A DNA stretch of 62,088 bases, counting the filler, from Choristocarpus tenellus KU-1152 (taxonomy: Eukaryota > Protista > Phaeophyceae): assembly GCA_964200185.2 (NCBI GenBank). It is 11 parts of 11 records of this genome, joined end to end, with 100 filler letters (N's around TTAATTAATTAA, not from the genome) between each part and the next. Parts side by side here need not be neighbours in the genome. Positions count along the whole stretch, not along the records: positions 1 to 8,714 come from CAXNAD020004415.1; positions 8,815 to 11,449 come from CAXNAD020026087.1; positions 11,550 to 15,264 come from CAXNAD020018334.1; 8 more parts are not named here. One strand, written 5' to 3'. The position numbers and the translations under genes are program-made. Positions 1-13,442 of the stretch are shown here, piece after piece; within the stretch, counting starts at the first letter, position 1, and each line of letters begins with the position of its first letter. The notes under the pieces were generated by a model. It did not search any database. It saw only the letters and a program-made list of their open reading frames with translations, and was not told the DNA's origin.

Positions 1-718
1 GGAGGGGGGGGGGGGGGGGGGGGGGGGGGGTGATTTAGGAGGTACGATGATCAAAGTATCGAGCACTATCAGAATAGTACAATGATTACCAACCATAGGA
101 ACATTACTCTCTTAGCGCAAATGTGGAAATTCAAACAATGAATGAAGGGGGAGATAGACGTACCTCTCACCCAGAAAGAACAGTGTTCTCCTCATTATTT
201 GAAATACAGCAACCAATATATTTTCAGAGCACGCACTTATCCATCATACATAGAGCGTCTAAACATCAAGAAGATTGTGGCATATAGATGTACACATCAT
301 CGCTTCAATGCTCTTCTCCTACTTGAAACAACACCCTCAATATGTGCAACATTTCAAATGCAAAAAAAGACGCACTTATGGTAGGAGCTGGATACTATTA
401 GATGGGAGACTTTTATGCTGAGCAGGCAGCAACTAAGGAAACTGTAAATATTTTCACGCAAACAAATATTCACCACATAGAGATAGAGCTAATGCCCGAC
501 TCAGGCAGGGTTTCTTTGACTGGACACTCTGCATGTGGAAGTTTAGCAATCATCATCTTTGATCCATAATAGGCCTAGATAATCTGATACACTCAAGTAA
601 AAATCACTACGGGGTTTCTCTCTGCAAGACAGGAGAAAGAAGACAATCTAAAGACAGGTCCACAAGTCCACTCCAATGTCCTGAAGAAAGCAAGGCAAAT
701 CATAGGCAGGAGAGTCAC

Positions 719-1470
719 CTAGGTCGCTCCTGGTATTCTTGAAGTCTTCGTATGGGCAGAGTCCTGGATGAGTCGACGCCAATTGTTTTTGATACCCCAA
801 GTGGGTGAGGAGGAGGGCAATATATGTTTGGAAAAAAAAAATGGAGGTGGGGTTTGGTTCAACAGCAAATCAGACAGGGAAAGATGGAGAAGGGTAATTG
901 TGATAGAGGAATGAACAAGTTATTCTCATACCATATGGTTCTAACTGAGAACTTGTTCCGTGTGTAAGTGTTGGAACACACAACATGGAAGGCAATGTAC
1001 TGTCATCACATTCACGATGATTGATAGTGTGCACAAGTGATAAAGCTTAAGAACCCAACCAGCATTTTGCAGGGAGCCTACCGTGGTGCTTGCGAGGGTC
1101 ACTACCAAACCTCGTACACCGGAACCTAGGCCACCAAAATAGCCAGCTAGAGTAGTTACACACACTAGTCGATGACATCATGGACTATACATCCTCCCTT
1201 TGTTTCATGTATCCCCAGGCATGCCAAGTTCTTCCGAGAAAACCATGGAAATCCAATGTGTCACAAAGTCAAGAGAGAAACATGCTAACCAAGAACAATC
1301 CTTCGTTCGAGGCCACTCGTGGATACTACGTAGTGTCCCATCTCACCAACTAAATACATCTTGCAAATGTCGTTGTCAGAGAACTTGCGCTCGCGATTTG
1401 TCCTCTTCTCCACAGGGACATCTCGTTCACGACCCATTAATTGGTCGAGTAATGCTCGGGTTTCGTCCAT
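719..1470 (-). CDS. LUC7: LUC7-family U1 snRNP-associated splicing factor, 5' part (exon 1 1470-1347, exon 2 763-719; gene continues beyond window start)
   Basis: Spliced translation MDETRALLDQLMGRERD...FSDNDICKMYLV|GLCPYEDFKNTRSDLG matches the LUC7 N-terminus and first zinc finger (RxxLDxLMG...VCKxxLxGxCPxxxFxNTxxDLG). Junctions are GTGAG/CAG with consistent phase 1. Confidence 0.93.
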
Positions 1471-4400
1471 CTTTTCCTCCCCAAGTATGTAGAGATTAGG
1501 TGTGGGTTCTCTGCCTCTTTAGGTGTGTGAATGGGTCGGTATTGGTGAGGAGTTTTTGGTAGGTCAGCTGGAATGATTCGGCGCGAATATAAATGGAAGC
1601 ACGAAGATAGTATTATGGGTGAGTATGAGTAATGGCGATGCGGATAGGTCTTGGGACTCTCTAAATGATTAGCTGTGTGAGTCAACATTTTCCTTGTTGT
1701 AACGAGGGTGTCGAGTGTCGACCGACCCATCGCCTCAAGGTGCGATGAATGCGCTTAGAGAAGATCAAGGGCGTATAATAGATGTTCCGAAACTCACCTT
1801 GGTGGACAACCTGATTTCAACAAAGATGGGTCCTTGCATCTATCCTTCCGATGTAGAGTTGCTACCCATGAGTCAAATTATTATCTTTCGTTTGTACATA
1901 TGTGATTTACCTCATCCTTGGCCTTCCATCTCTTCAGCAAAACGCGTATGTTTTGGATGTTTGTAGTACCAAAAACCAATGTAAAGTTCCACACAAACCA
2001 CAACCAAACCTTTACTGATAGAGGAGGCCCACAATGATATTGGGGATAATGTGCAATAGCCATTTGGAATACTGTTACACAGGTGGTATATATTATAGTG
2101 TCCCTGTAATATGGAGACATAGTACCACACCAACCATAATCCACTATATTAACATGAAAACTTCATCTTTGATGCATGGTGGTGCAAAGCTATGAACAAC
2201 CTGCTTGTTGAATGGTAGGATTACTGGATTATTGAAGGCCTCAACTGCAAGGTGAGCGCATACCACCCATGATGCTAGGTCATCCAAATGAGAGTGACAG
2301 CTGTTTCTACCATAACCACCTTCTCCCATCGAACAGGGGCATTGTGCTTGTTAGTTAAAACACTTGACAGGTTTACGGGCCTGATAATTTAACCATTTCT
2401 TACTGTGTTGAAGTCTCTTTTTGATTATCGTCTGTCCTCTTCTCCATTAGTGTCAGGTCTCTGTTCGCTCTTCTTCTATGTGCTTCGCGTCTTTTTCACT
2501 ACACATAATCTCTACCTGCTTGAGATGTGTTGATTGATTATATACAGTCTAGGGAAGGCATCGATAATACGAGGTGAACGATCTATACCTCCACCAAAAG
2601 CAATGTGAAAAATATGCAATTGATACCTGAGACAAAGTCAACAACCCATACAAGGCAATCTTTAAAGGGGGAGCAATCCTGCCTACTTCCAGAAGACAAC
2701 TGAAGAGTTCTCAAAGTGACTCTTCTATAGTGACGTGAAGAACAGCTGTCAACAAACTGTTTCCTGGCCATGGGTTGATAAGACCATAAACCAAATATGC
2801 TGATTAATATGCAACACACTCTTGTCACTATGCACCATTGTTAACACTATAGGGCCATGAGAGGAGGGCACGGACAAGAAGAGTATATTTCAATGGAGTA
2901 CGCCAAGTAACATGGGCACCTAGTGAACACAGTAAAATACACTTTAGATTATGTTGGGAAAGGTGCAGCACAATATAAAGAACGGTCAGAGGTTGCAGCT
3001 TGATGTGATGAGTAGGGACAGTAGTACTTGAAGCACAAGGTATATTTGTCGGGAGATGTAGCATGATGGGTGAACCAAGGTAGTGTATAGGGCAGGACTG
3101 ATTAGCATGAACACATAAGGAGGGGACACTTCTAGCAGGGTAGGTGTTTGGGTACTGTGTGTGATGTTGACATATCAGGGTATATATGATGCTGATGTAT
3201 TATCGTGGTGTGTATCATGAAGGATGGTGCAAGAAAAAACAGTACAAAGGGGGGTGAATCTGCACATCGGGGTGACGAGTACACAGCAGTGTCATGATTG
3301 ACTGGGGACAGAAGGGTCCCTTGTTCTTGACACTTGAGGGAAGCATAGATGCGGAAAATTCGAATTAGTGCAGCTTGTGCCGGCTGAAACAAGATGGAGA
3401 AGAGACAGCAATAAAGACAATCGCACTTGATGCTTGGTAAGGGCAACCTATGTACAGTGGACTTTAGTGGGGTTGTACTTCAAGTGTGAGGAGTGAATCT
3501 AGGTTGCCCTAGGGGGCATTAGTAGCAAGGTAGAACTGTCTTAACGTGCCTGTGCAGCAAGGGCACATAAGCCAGCAAAATAGCTTTTGGAGCACAGCAT
3601 GATGCTGGCGCATAGTGGAGACAGAGTAATAGAAAAGACAGATTAAAACTGATGTACCTGACATACATCAGGGTGGAGGAGGGTGGAGCATGATGCTCAA
3701 GCGAAGGGGGAGCTGCAGTAGAATGCACAAGATGCTTCAGGGGAGTGTCTACAGGGAAATTTCGTGCAGGTAAATAATAAACATGGCAGATGGGAATGGA
3801 AACATTGTAATAGAAGGAGCTGCTGGGTCACATGAAAATCACACTTAAGATGCAAGCAATTATCTGTAGTATGCATGAGTTGAGGGTGCAGTGTGAGGTT
3901 GGAGTAGGACAAGCACAGAGCGCTAGTTGTTCAACAGCATCTATAAAGGAAGTGTGGTGGTGTGGACATGTCACGGGGAATGGGCTTCGGACGTGGGGTC
4001 AGTTGCCCAGAACAGTGGTCCTACCTGTTGCACATACATAAATATAAAAAAGAAACACATACTAAAGTACCTTCAAAGCAAAGCACATCGTTCTACTGAT
4101 ATGTAGAGCATATAGGCCATGTACAATTTTCCAATGCCTGCAATCAGCTAGAGAGTAGACAAAAAGATACTGAGAAATCACACAGTCAGAAAGCGTAAGA
4201 ATCATGTTCAACTTTAGTATTGAGTGAAGTAGGGAAGGTCCTTGGCAGTAGTTTAAGAGGTGGGGGGTACGGGGGGAGAGGGGTGACGTAAATCTGTCCT
4301 GCCACACCCCTTCTCTGTCCCACTATTACCCTCCACCAGTGTTGTTCAAACATGCAACCAGCTCAATCTGCCTGGTCCAACTCAAATTCCACCTTGGAAC

Positions 4401-4913
4401 CTTGATATCGAGTCATAATTCACTAGAACAGTCAATCCACCACAGTAGGAAGCCTAATATCAATATCAACGCTCCAATCTCTTGAACAGACATACCTTCA
4501 CCGCCAAATTTCAAGCGCAAACAGCTAACAGGTTTCCATGCAAAGGCAGAGTTTCCATTCATCTACAAAGGGACAATAAGACTGTGACGGGCAGGCATAA
4601 GGCGTTGGGGAAAGTCTTTGACTTGAGAAGAACCGTGAACCAGATTTATTCTCATACACTATCTAACCAGCACATATCACTGCAACAAGTCAGATAGCAG
4701 CGGGCACAAGTGCACCTCTACCAACGTATTGTCCACTATTCAGATCATGCTGCAGGTGGACAATCGGTGCAAATCAAGGGACACATCCAAAGTACACAGG
4801 TCAGACTTGTACACTTCAACGGCACAACTGTTGAAGCCTAAAAATAACAAGTAGTGAATATTCATATACCTTGCAGGTGTACCCTAAAGGTGAGAAATCT
4901 CCCTTCTTTGTTC

Positions 4914-5169
4914 TCACACCAAGGATCCAAGGCGCCTGGGTACCCTCGCCTCATTCCCCTGTTCATAACGCTTCTTTGCCTTTCCCAGTGGAGGCCTCAT
5001 TGTCCTCGGAGGTGCTCCTAGTCCAGAGTCACGAATCGCAAAAGCACTAACAGTAGGAAGCACCCCAAGCTGCCTCCCTCGCTTCACAGTGGTTGCTACC
5101 TTACGCTGGCACTTGGAACACAAGCCAGTCATGTCTCGGGGCTTGATCATCGCAGCATCATTGAGGAAC
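4914..5169 (-). CDS. Organellar (probably mitochondrial) ribosomal protein bS18, 3' exon; upstream exon(s) not found in this contig
   Basis: After a CACAG acceptor: RFLNDAAMIKPRDMTGLCSKCQRKVATTVKRGRQLGVLP, matching the bS18 signature FxxxxGKIxPRRxTGxCxKxQRxxxxAIKRARxxGLLP, followed by a basic tail to TGA at 4914. Confidence 0.85.
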
Positions 5170-5699
5170 CTGTGATATATCAATAGACAGAAATGGTGGA
5201 GGTGGTGGTTTGAAAGGTGTGTGAGGCAGGGGGGCAATGAGCTTATATATATATATATATATATATCGGGAAAGTTACTTGGATATTAAGGGTGTCAGGA
5301 GGAGAGGAGGAGAGGCCGAAGGGAGCAATAAGGGGGGGTAGATATGAAAAACAGTCAAGTTCAATGTCAGGTGCAACTAGCCTGACACTCTTCTATCAGT
5401 GAGTGCCACGAGAGCAATGAGTGCTATGCATTTAAGACCAGTGAATGATGCGTCACATGCACAAAGAGGTCAAAGCACAAGCCAAGGTTATACACTAATA
5501 CAGATCCATTGTTTTGTTCCGATCTTTCTATCTCCCAAAAAGTTCCAAGGCATTTCTGTTTTCACTTCAAGAATATACACTGTATAAGCTCTTGCACACC
5601 CAGAACGAAATGATCGAAGTGTGGTAGAAGGCTGGAGGAGATAGAGGGAAAGGTATCAATGCAGCAAGGGAAAAAAATATTGCCGGAAGTGTCAAGTGG

Positions 5700-8310
5700 T
5701 TGCCTCACGTCTGAAGTAGCGGGATGTTGTTGTGATGCAAATCTTTTACGTTGAATATCTCACACGATCCCTCGAGGCCAGCTTTACCCTGACGCTTTCC
5801 TGGGCATCTGGATGGCAGGATTGAAGAGGTTAAGGTTAACTCGAACACCAACACTGGAGTGGTTTTGCACAGAAATGAACTGGGTCAAGAATTGCTACAG
5901 TGTCTTACACAGCACATCGTTCCACAACTCTAGCAAGTGCCCACTGATATCAAGGAACTCTGAGTCTGCTTGCCCAGGAGTAACAAAGCTTGCAACTCGA
6001 AATCATTCTGGGATTTCTGGACTGAGAAGGCACGCAGTCCCTACAATTTCATACGTATTTGCCATTAACACAGAGACGTGACATCACAGTTAAAACATTT
6101 GAGGTGGGACAACAGCAATAGAACCCCCTTGCCCTGCCCATACCGACTCGTTACGTCCAACACGAATGGAAGCTAACCATGGAGCTTTACGTGTATGTCG
6201 TCAACGTTTTCTTGCAATCTTCGCAATCTTCTCCATTGAGGTTACCAGGAATTGCCAATGACTACCAACAGAGGACAATGCCTGATATCAGCTAGCTTAC
6301 AAGAGGGGTGTGTCCTATTAATTCATGTCCTTGAAACATGCAGCATCCAGAGGAAGATGTCCAACCAGACTACCAAGCCTCTCTTCCTCGCTGCTAGATA
6401 TATGCTCTTGAAAAGGATTGCCCAACACAAGGACAAACGACCAAAGGAGACTTGATTTTTTCTATACCCTTGCAACTCCGTGACCGAAAATACTTTACAA
6501 ATCGGCAGCCATACAACCTGCAATATAGCTCTGATGGTATTGAAACATTGTTTATAAAATTTCGCCAAAATTGGAGATAATTGTGGGTGAAATATCACCT
6601 GTGGAACCTGCGCCTCCTATCAAAAGGGTCTTTAAGGTCGGGTAGGTTAGCATTTTCCATAAATTGTTCCACATCCGGATGAAGATACTCCTCCATCCCT
6701 TCATCGAACTGCTCGTAACCACCACCATCAGCATATCGGCTTCTTCTCCCATCCATATCACTATCGATATTGAACCTGTCACCCTCACGCTTCTCATCTC
6801 CATCTTCTGGTCGGAAAGATTTCCCATGGGCCTTGTCCTCTGCTGAAAAACCAGGCGGCCAATCTTGGGAAACGTCATGACCATCCCCTCCAGCTCCACT
6901 TGTACAGAGTCGCCTTGCTGTGCCGGGGAAAGTACGCACTGCAGAAGGCCTGATCCACTCTGGTATATTATTCATTTTGGTAGCAGGAGATACGAATCCA
7001 TGTGACTTAAGTTATGGCCGTGAGGTATCGAGCATGTCCAAGAGGAATCGATATCTCTACCAATTACGATTGCAAGTGAAGAGGGAGTTATATCCCTGTA
7101 TCCAATCGAAATTTGCATCACAACTTGAAGGAGTAAATCCATAGCCCTACCTGACTGAAAAGCTACCGCAGCAACCCTTCGCATGGCTGTGGGAATCATG
7201 ATTACGGTTCAGGGCATCTGCAATTATTGCGAACCCCAAGTGTGTTAAACCTACCTTCTCCTGACTGTTCACGCCTCCCATGCTTTTGGTGTCTATGAAA
7301 CCGAATCCAACAAGATCTTTAGTGTAATACTGTCTATGCTGTCGTACATCTATGCGTTGAGTGAAAAGCAGGTTTGTGTCAATGACCCTTTTGCCCGCAC
7401 GGCTAAGTCTGGCTTTAGCTCTTCTATCTTTATGGACTCGATGCACGCAGGCCCTCCCTAAACCTGTGGCTTGTGATTTTGAATGCCAGGTGAACAGGAT
7501 AGAGGATGAGTGGGGATCGCGATTGCGAAGGATTTTCCGACTTCACCTATTCGTGGGCTTATGTAACATTGATGGGTGTAACCCTTCACAAGACGTCATC
7601 AAAATCATCCGTTTATAGAGTACAAAAGCAAAACAAACTGCTTACTGACTTGTAAACAATAGTTTGGGCATTTCCATCGACATTTGCTACGTAATATTTG
7701 CTACATTACATGGGGTAAGACTTAAAACGAATAGCCCCCCTCACACCCGCATCCTCACAACAAGGGAGGAGGATGTGCATACTCAAACTGCGAAGATCCT
7801 TCATGCCCGGGAGGTGCATGCTCCTTCTACAAGTGCCATAGCCCCGTATGTGCTGGTGAGTGCTGTTCCTCTTCACAAGATCGCCTGATGGGTTGTATGA
7901 GATCGGCAAGTTCTCGTGTCATAAACCACCTTACCCTCCCGCAAAAGCTGGGTAATACGGGATTGTGCTATGTGCTTGTTCCTAGAAGACGCGGCAATCA
8001 ATTGTTAGCTTACACTTCTCCTTAGTCTTTTGTACGACCTCAGAATTTGGTGTTTACATTCTCGGCAACCAAGAAGGGAGACTCATCCAGTTCATCCCTC
8101 TTAGTGCAGACAACTTGTACATACTCCAAAGTAAATGAACATGTGGGGGGAATAAAATCATCCTCCTCTTGGTCACTTTTCTGTCCCATATGGAGACATA
8201 GAATACAGTGCAATGGAAAGGGAAAGCAGGCGATGTCGACATCGCTTTTAACGATATGTGTGTACCCTCCTTCAATGAAGCTGTTCTAAGGACATAAACA
8301 CACACCTGTT
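5700..8310 (-). mobile_element. Decayed coding element of unknown class, probably inside the bS18 upstream intron
   Basis: A run of minus-strand ORF fragments (8305-8054, 7909-7706, 7446-7147, 6975-6595, 6598-6323) reads as protein-like but is broken by stops and frameshifts, with no convincing splice structure. Confidence 0.4.
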
Positions 8311-8714
8311 TTGTAATTTTTCATGGCATGATGACGATGGCTTACGCATCAACGTCTACTTGCCATTAGACTATAGATACCCGTACATACATATACTAAT
8401 CCTCACCATTTATATCATACATACACGTGTACATAATATTGATCCTTGCCATTCATTTTGCTGTTGTGGAAGAAACTATCAATAGTTTCTAGGGATTTGG
8501 CACTAAATTTTGCAGTTCTTATTGGTCAAATCAGACAAGAATAAATGAAGTGAAAGCTGGAGGCAAGGGGCACCAGGATGTATGAGCAACAGAGATTTGA
8601 ATTTCTATAGGTAGACCCAAAGTATCTGGGAGGGGGGGGGGGGGGGGGGGGGGAGGTTTTGAGAGTTGGGAGGGAACAAAAAAAAAAAAAAAAAAAAAAT
8701 TAAAGGGGAAAAAA

Positions 8715-8814
8715 NNNNNNNNNNNNNNNNNNNNNNNNNNNNNNNNNNNNNNNNNNNNTTAATTAATTAANNNNNNNNNNNNNNNNNNNNNNNNNNNNNN
8801 NNNNNNNNNNNNNN
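8715..8814. other. Artificial contig spacer N44-TTAATTAATTAA-N44 (also 11450-11549, 15265-15364, 23666-23765, 27541-27640, 36777-36876, 39517-39616, 50103-50202, 53178-53277, 55912-56011)
   Basis: The same 100-nt spacer, carrying stop codons in all six frames, occurs ten times. Confidence 0.98.
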
Positions 8815-9070
8815 CCCCAGATACTTTGAGCCATAAACCATCATTATTCAAAAGTGTTTAAAACATGAACACAGGTTGCACAGATGTTGAAAATCCTCTT
8901 TCTTCCATTTTGCCATGCCAAAACAGTGGATCAGACGTTCTATAGTCCTCCAGTTATTTTGAACTGTTGGCAAATGGATAAATGGATCAATACGATTTAT
9001 ATGAATGCCTTGGCAGCGTACTGTTTGTCCCCATGGTATATTTTGATAACGTTGACTGAAAAAACTGTAC

Positions 9071-9727
9071 TCAGTCCTTGTTCATCATTCCCTCAGTTAC
9101 GAATAGCCGATCATCAAAATTGAGGATGGAGCTTTTAATTGAGGATGAGCGAGACGCGGATTGGTATGCAGAAAGTGCACGTACGTCTTTTTTTTTAATG
9201 TTGCGGCACTTTTGGAAGGCCCCACTACGAATGGGAATCCATCCTGACGAAGGTGGTAGTAGGACAGTGTGTGGGGGGCGGCAACGATTTTGTTTGATCG
9301 TCGTGTACATGTATGCCCTGCATTGGCTTGCTTGCTTGAAATTGAAAGTGCATTCATGATCAAACTCTCTCTTCAACACCGTTATTCTATGGTTTCCGTC
9401 CAGTGTTCGTCCTTGAACAGCAAGCGCAATGTCAGTGGTGAGCTGGTCCCCGTTGCCTAAGCAGTCTCGTTGGATGACAATAGATGGAGCAAACTGCTCG
9501 AGCCAGCCCTTTTCACGGATAGACTTGCTGACGCGCGCAAGGCCACGCTCGCCCAGGGGCCGCACCATCTCCGTGCACGTGATGTTGCCGAGTTTCATCT
9601 TGTACATGCCGAGGTAGTGCTGTTCAAGGAGCGAGGACATGCCCTTGGTATTGCTCTCCGATGCTCTCGATCCGTGGGCAGCACCATTGGCGCGCGGGGG
9701 GGTCATTGTTGAGCGAATGTTGGACAT
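9071..9727 (-). CDS. ParB/Sulfiredoxin-like N-terminal-domain protein; the 3' part of the ORF may be intronic or truncated
   Basis: 218-aa ORF with GC-rich codon usage over the first ~130 codons and the motif order VRPL-x3-GLxRVxKSIxxKGW-x4-APSIVI-x~24-DGNHRxxVL, typical of the ParB/Srx fold. Confidence 0.7.
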   Translation of the reverse strand: MSNIRSTMTPPRANGAAHGSRASESNTKGMSSLLEQHYLGMYKMKLGNITCTEMVRPLGERGLARVSKSIREKGWLEQFAPSIVIQRDCLGNGDQLTTDIALAVQGRTLDGNHRITVLKREFDHECTFNFKQASQCRAYMYTTIKQNRCRPPHTVLLPPSSGWIPIRSGAFQKCRNIKKKDVRALSAYQSASRSSSIKSSILNFDDRLFVTEGMMNKD

Positions 9728-10084
9728 GGCGAAGATTGGGAAGGTGTGACGGGGATAGATAAGAAAGAGCTGCTGGTGGTATGTGCGGAAGGGAAGGAAT
9801 GGAAATGAGGAGTGAGGTCTGGGAGGTGCTGCTTTATTTCATCTGGTCCGTCGGTACCCAAGGAACTCAGATTTCTCTTTCAGTTGGCAATTGTGTTCCA
9901 AAAAATATGAATATCGAACAGTATACGATTTCATATTTGAAACAAATAGAGAGTATCAGTTTTTTGTGACCTTTTCGTTTCGGAACATTTCAAACGTATT
10001 AGATCAATTAAGTATTTGGTTTATATTTTTTCTATTGAAATTACGAATAGAATCTAATTTTTATTTCATTAAAACCAGAATACA

Positions 10085-10385
10085 CGTATTTTCAAGAACA
10101 TGGATTTCATTTTGGTCCAACGGATCACTTGAAACTCAAACATCGTACGCCCGGCTTCGAATTCAATTCAATCGTGCCCAAGACCGCCTTTTGCCTGAAA
10201 CCAGAATATAATCTAGTTTTTGTTTCATCACAGCGAGAATAAACAGCGAGAATAAACGTGTTTTCCAGAACACAGATTTCATTTTGGTCCGACAGGTCTC
10301 TTCAAACTCAAACATCGTACGCCCGGCTTTGAATTCAATTCACTCCTAGACCTTCTCACTGCCCAAGACCGCCTGTTGCCCGAAA
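10085..10385 (+). repeat. Imperfect direct duplication (~115-125 bp x2) upstream of the ParB-like ORF
   Basis: gatttcattttggtcc...aaactcaaacatcgtacgcccggctt.gaattcaattca...gcccaagaccgcc occurs at ~10085-10200 and ~10256-10385. Confidence 0.85.
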
Positions 10386-11947
10386 ACACCATGACAGTTG
10401 CTCCCATCCATATATTCGTACGTGCGCTCGACGCCATACATCGATGTAATTTCTTTTATTTTGTGTGATCTTTCATCATCTATCTCCCCGACACGCTCAG
10501 CGGCTTGTTATTAAAAAAAGCGACTGCATGTGCGTGACAGGGTGGGAACGAAAGGGGGAGGAGCTTAAAGCACCCGACTATCTATGCGGTGGTGGAGGAT
10601 ATACCTACATACATTAAAGGCAAGTCAGCATGCAAAGCGTGCTGGCGAACGAGAAACTCTCACTGTTGTCTGTTGTATCCTGTTTATTGTATACATACTT
10701 CTTTTCATTACCAATAATAATGTCAAAGTGTAGGTCGACCTCTAGTATGAAGATTGGCCGCTATGTACATACGTACCGCCTCTAACATAAAAGATGATGA
10801 CGAGATCGACTCAACGTAGTGACAGTGTGGTGACTGACCTTGCTTACTAAGCGTGCCAGAATTACACGATAATAGCAGTCATTAAAGCTAAATATATATG
10901 ATGATGGAAAAGGTGCTACGAGTCATCAATTTCTAAATCAACAAATGCAACCATGCTGAATTGGCTACCGAACAAACTTCTTTTTCAGCCTTTGCCTCGA
11001 CCCTGAATGGAAAGGAGAGACTACAGACCACAGAAATGCATAGACTGAAGCCATGAGCCAAACCAATCGAGAGTTAGGCAGGTTTGGAACCTTCTTGCAT
11101 TCTAAGTCATCTTTCTTACCCTGTGCAATGCACTTATTCACTGTGTCATGCATGCAATAGTGTACAGCAATTGATATTCCCCCTTTCCAGGCATGAAGTG
11201 AGACCCCGATCAAGCAAAGGCTCTTTCTGGAATTAAACAAAGTGGGGTCTTTTTGCCCTTTGTCAGGATCCTTAAAATGCAACCCTGCCTGCCTCTCCAT
11301 TGGTTTGGCTCCATCACCCCTCGTTTGAAAAAGGGGTTTCAGTGAACCTTCGTGTTGCATACCAACCTAGAGCAAGTAACCGGGATTTCTCAAAATTGAG
11401 GATGGTGCAGGACTATGAGGATGGTTGTTTTGCGAAAACGGTCTTAAAANNNNNNNNNNNNNNNNNNNNNNNNNNNNNNNNNNNNNNNNNNNNTTAATTA
11501 ATTAANNNNNNNNNNNNNNNNNNNNNNNNNNNNNNNNNNNNNNNNNNNNAAGGAAAAAAAAAAAAAAAAAAAAAAAAAAGGCCCCAACATGTGGGCCTTT
11601 ACAACTCTTCCGGGGGGGGGGGGCGGGGGGGGTGTGAACACCACCTTGCACAAACTTGTTTCGTTTGGTTGGAAACAAGTTGTTAGAAGAAGCGGACGGC
11701 CCTTCTTTTTGCTTCTGAGAGCCCTCAAAATTTTCAAAAATTTTCAAACGATCGAAAGGGTTTTAAAACAGGGGAGTCCAAGCAGTAACACACTTCGCTG
11801 TTGCGCACACAATTGGTTTTTGTATTGTATGGTAGGGAAACATAGCACATTATTCACAGTGTGTTCTGGTGAGGGTACACCTCCGAATGTTCAAGCCATT
11901 CCCTCCCCCCCCCCGCCCCCCCCTATCCCATTAACATGCAGTAGTAC

Positions 11948-13407
11948 CTCTTGCGTCTGGGGCATCTTGGGCCTGCCAGGGGATTCTTCCCTCCTTCCCC
12001 CGAAGGGCGCTTCTCTCCCAGCATTCACAAGCCCCCCGGAGACAACAGCGTCAGAGGGATGCACAACACCTTGGGCAGGCATTGCTGATGTATCGGTGGC
12101 ATTGTCGCCGTGAGATGCACTGGAAGGGGTCGTCGAGACAGTCATGCCCACGGCTGCACCCCTTGCCAACATCTCTTGGACTCTAACCACCTGATAGCCG
12201 GTGCACATAGGAACAGGGTATAGAAAAGAGGTATAGAAAAGAGGTATAGAAAAGAGGTATGGAAGAGGTATGGAAGAGGTATAGAAAAGAGGTATGGAAG
12301 AGGTATGGAAGAGATATAGAAGAGGTATAGAAGAGGTGGGGGAAGGAGAACGAGTGAAAAGGTTCTCTAGATACAATGTGGTTCATGTCCCATCAACAGC
12401 AAAGAATACCCCCTACCTCCAATGTGGTTCAGTGTGGTTCATGTCCTCTCTTGTGTACGACGTATATAACAATCAACCCATTTAATCAAAACCCACATGA
12501 TTGGACCAGTCCTGAATCGCCTTCAATCAACAACAAAGAACACCCCTTCCCTCCCTCCCTCCCTCCCCCCCCCACTAAAAAAAAAATCACTCTACCCACG
12601 CCCTACAATCAATGATCACTCCAAGGGCGGCGGCCCCCACCGTATAACCAACACTCCACAAGACCTTGATGCACCAACACTCCACTGCAATTTTTATGAA
12701 CTCCGAGAGCGAAGGCTCTTCTCACCTCCGCAGTCAGGCGACGGTAGTCCTCGGCCACGGGGGGGGCCTCTTCCCCCTGCCCCTGCCCCTGCCTGCGCTC
12801 CTTTCCTTTGTTGCAGTCTCTCTCCTCTTCCCTCAGCGTAACCTCCTTCAGCTGCCTCAGGAGGGATTCATTGATCTGCGCCAAGAGCTTCGTACGTTCA
12901 ACCACCTGTCAAAATATATATATATATATATATATAGATAGATAGATAGATATTGCAAAAAATATATATATATATTAAAAATAAAATAAATAAAAAATCG
13001 AGTTAAGACCTGTTACAAAAAAAAAAAAAATGAGTTCCAGGGACCAGACCGAGGGAGTGTCTCATACTCCCGTGGACATGAATAGGTTAGAGTTAGGGTT
13101 AGGGCAGAGTTCTAGATATCTGGCCCCCCAAAAAGTAGCAACACCACCTATCTCTCATAGTTGTGTAGAAAACCCACACAGTCAAATCCAAACTCACGTG
13201 AGCATCACATCCAAAGTGCACAAGCAACCCCACTTCAAAGAGGCGTGCCATTTCTTCAACACACCACAAAAGTCACCCCTCCCTCCCTCCCTCCCTCCCT
13301 CCTTGTCAACCTTGGCAGTAACTACATGATTCGACAAACTCCGAGCAGTCTCATTTTTTTATTTTATAAAAGAAGAGCGAGATGGCAAGTGCCGCCTCAA
13401 CAGCACA

Positions 13408-13442
<35 letters not shown>

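Noticed and set aside
1715-2330. Possible gene upstream of or divergent from LUC7
   Set aside because: The short ORFs on both strands have no recognisable motif and no consistent splice chain.
11589-12113. 174-aa plus-strand ORF
   Set aside because: It is the antisense shadow of a minus-strand exon plus homopolymer tracts.
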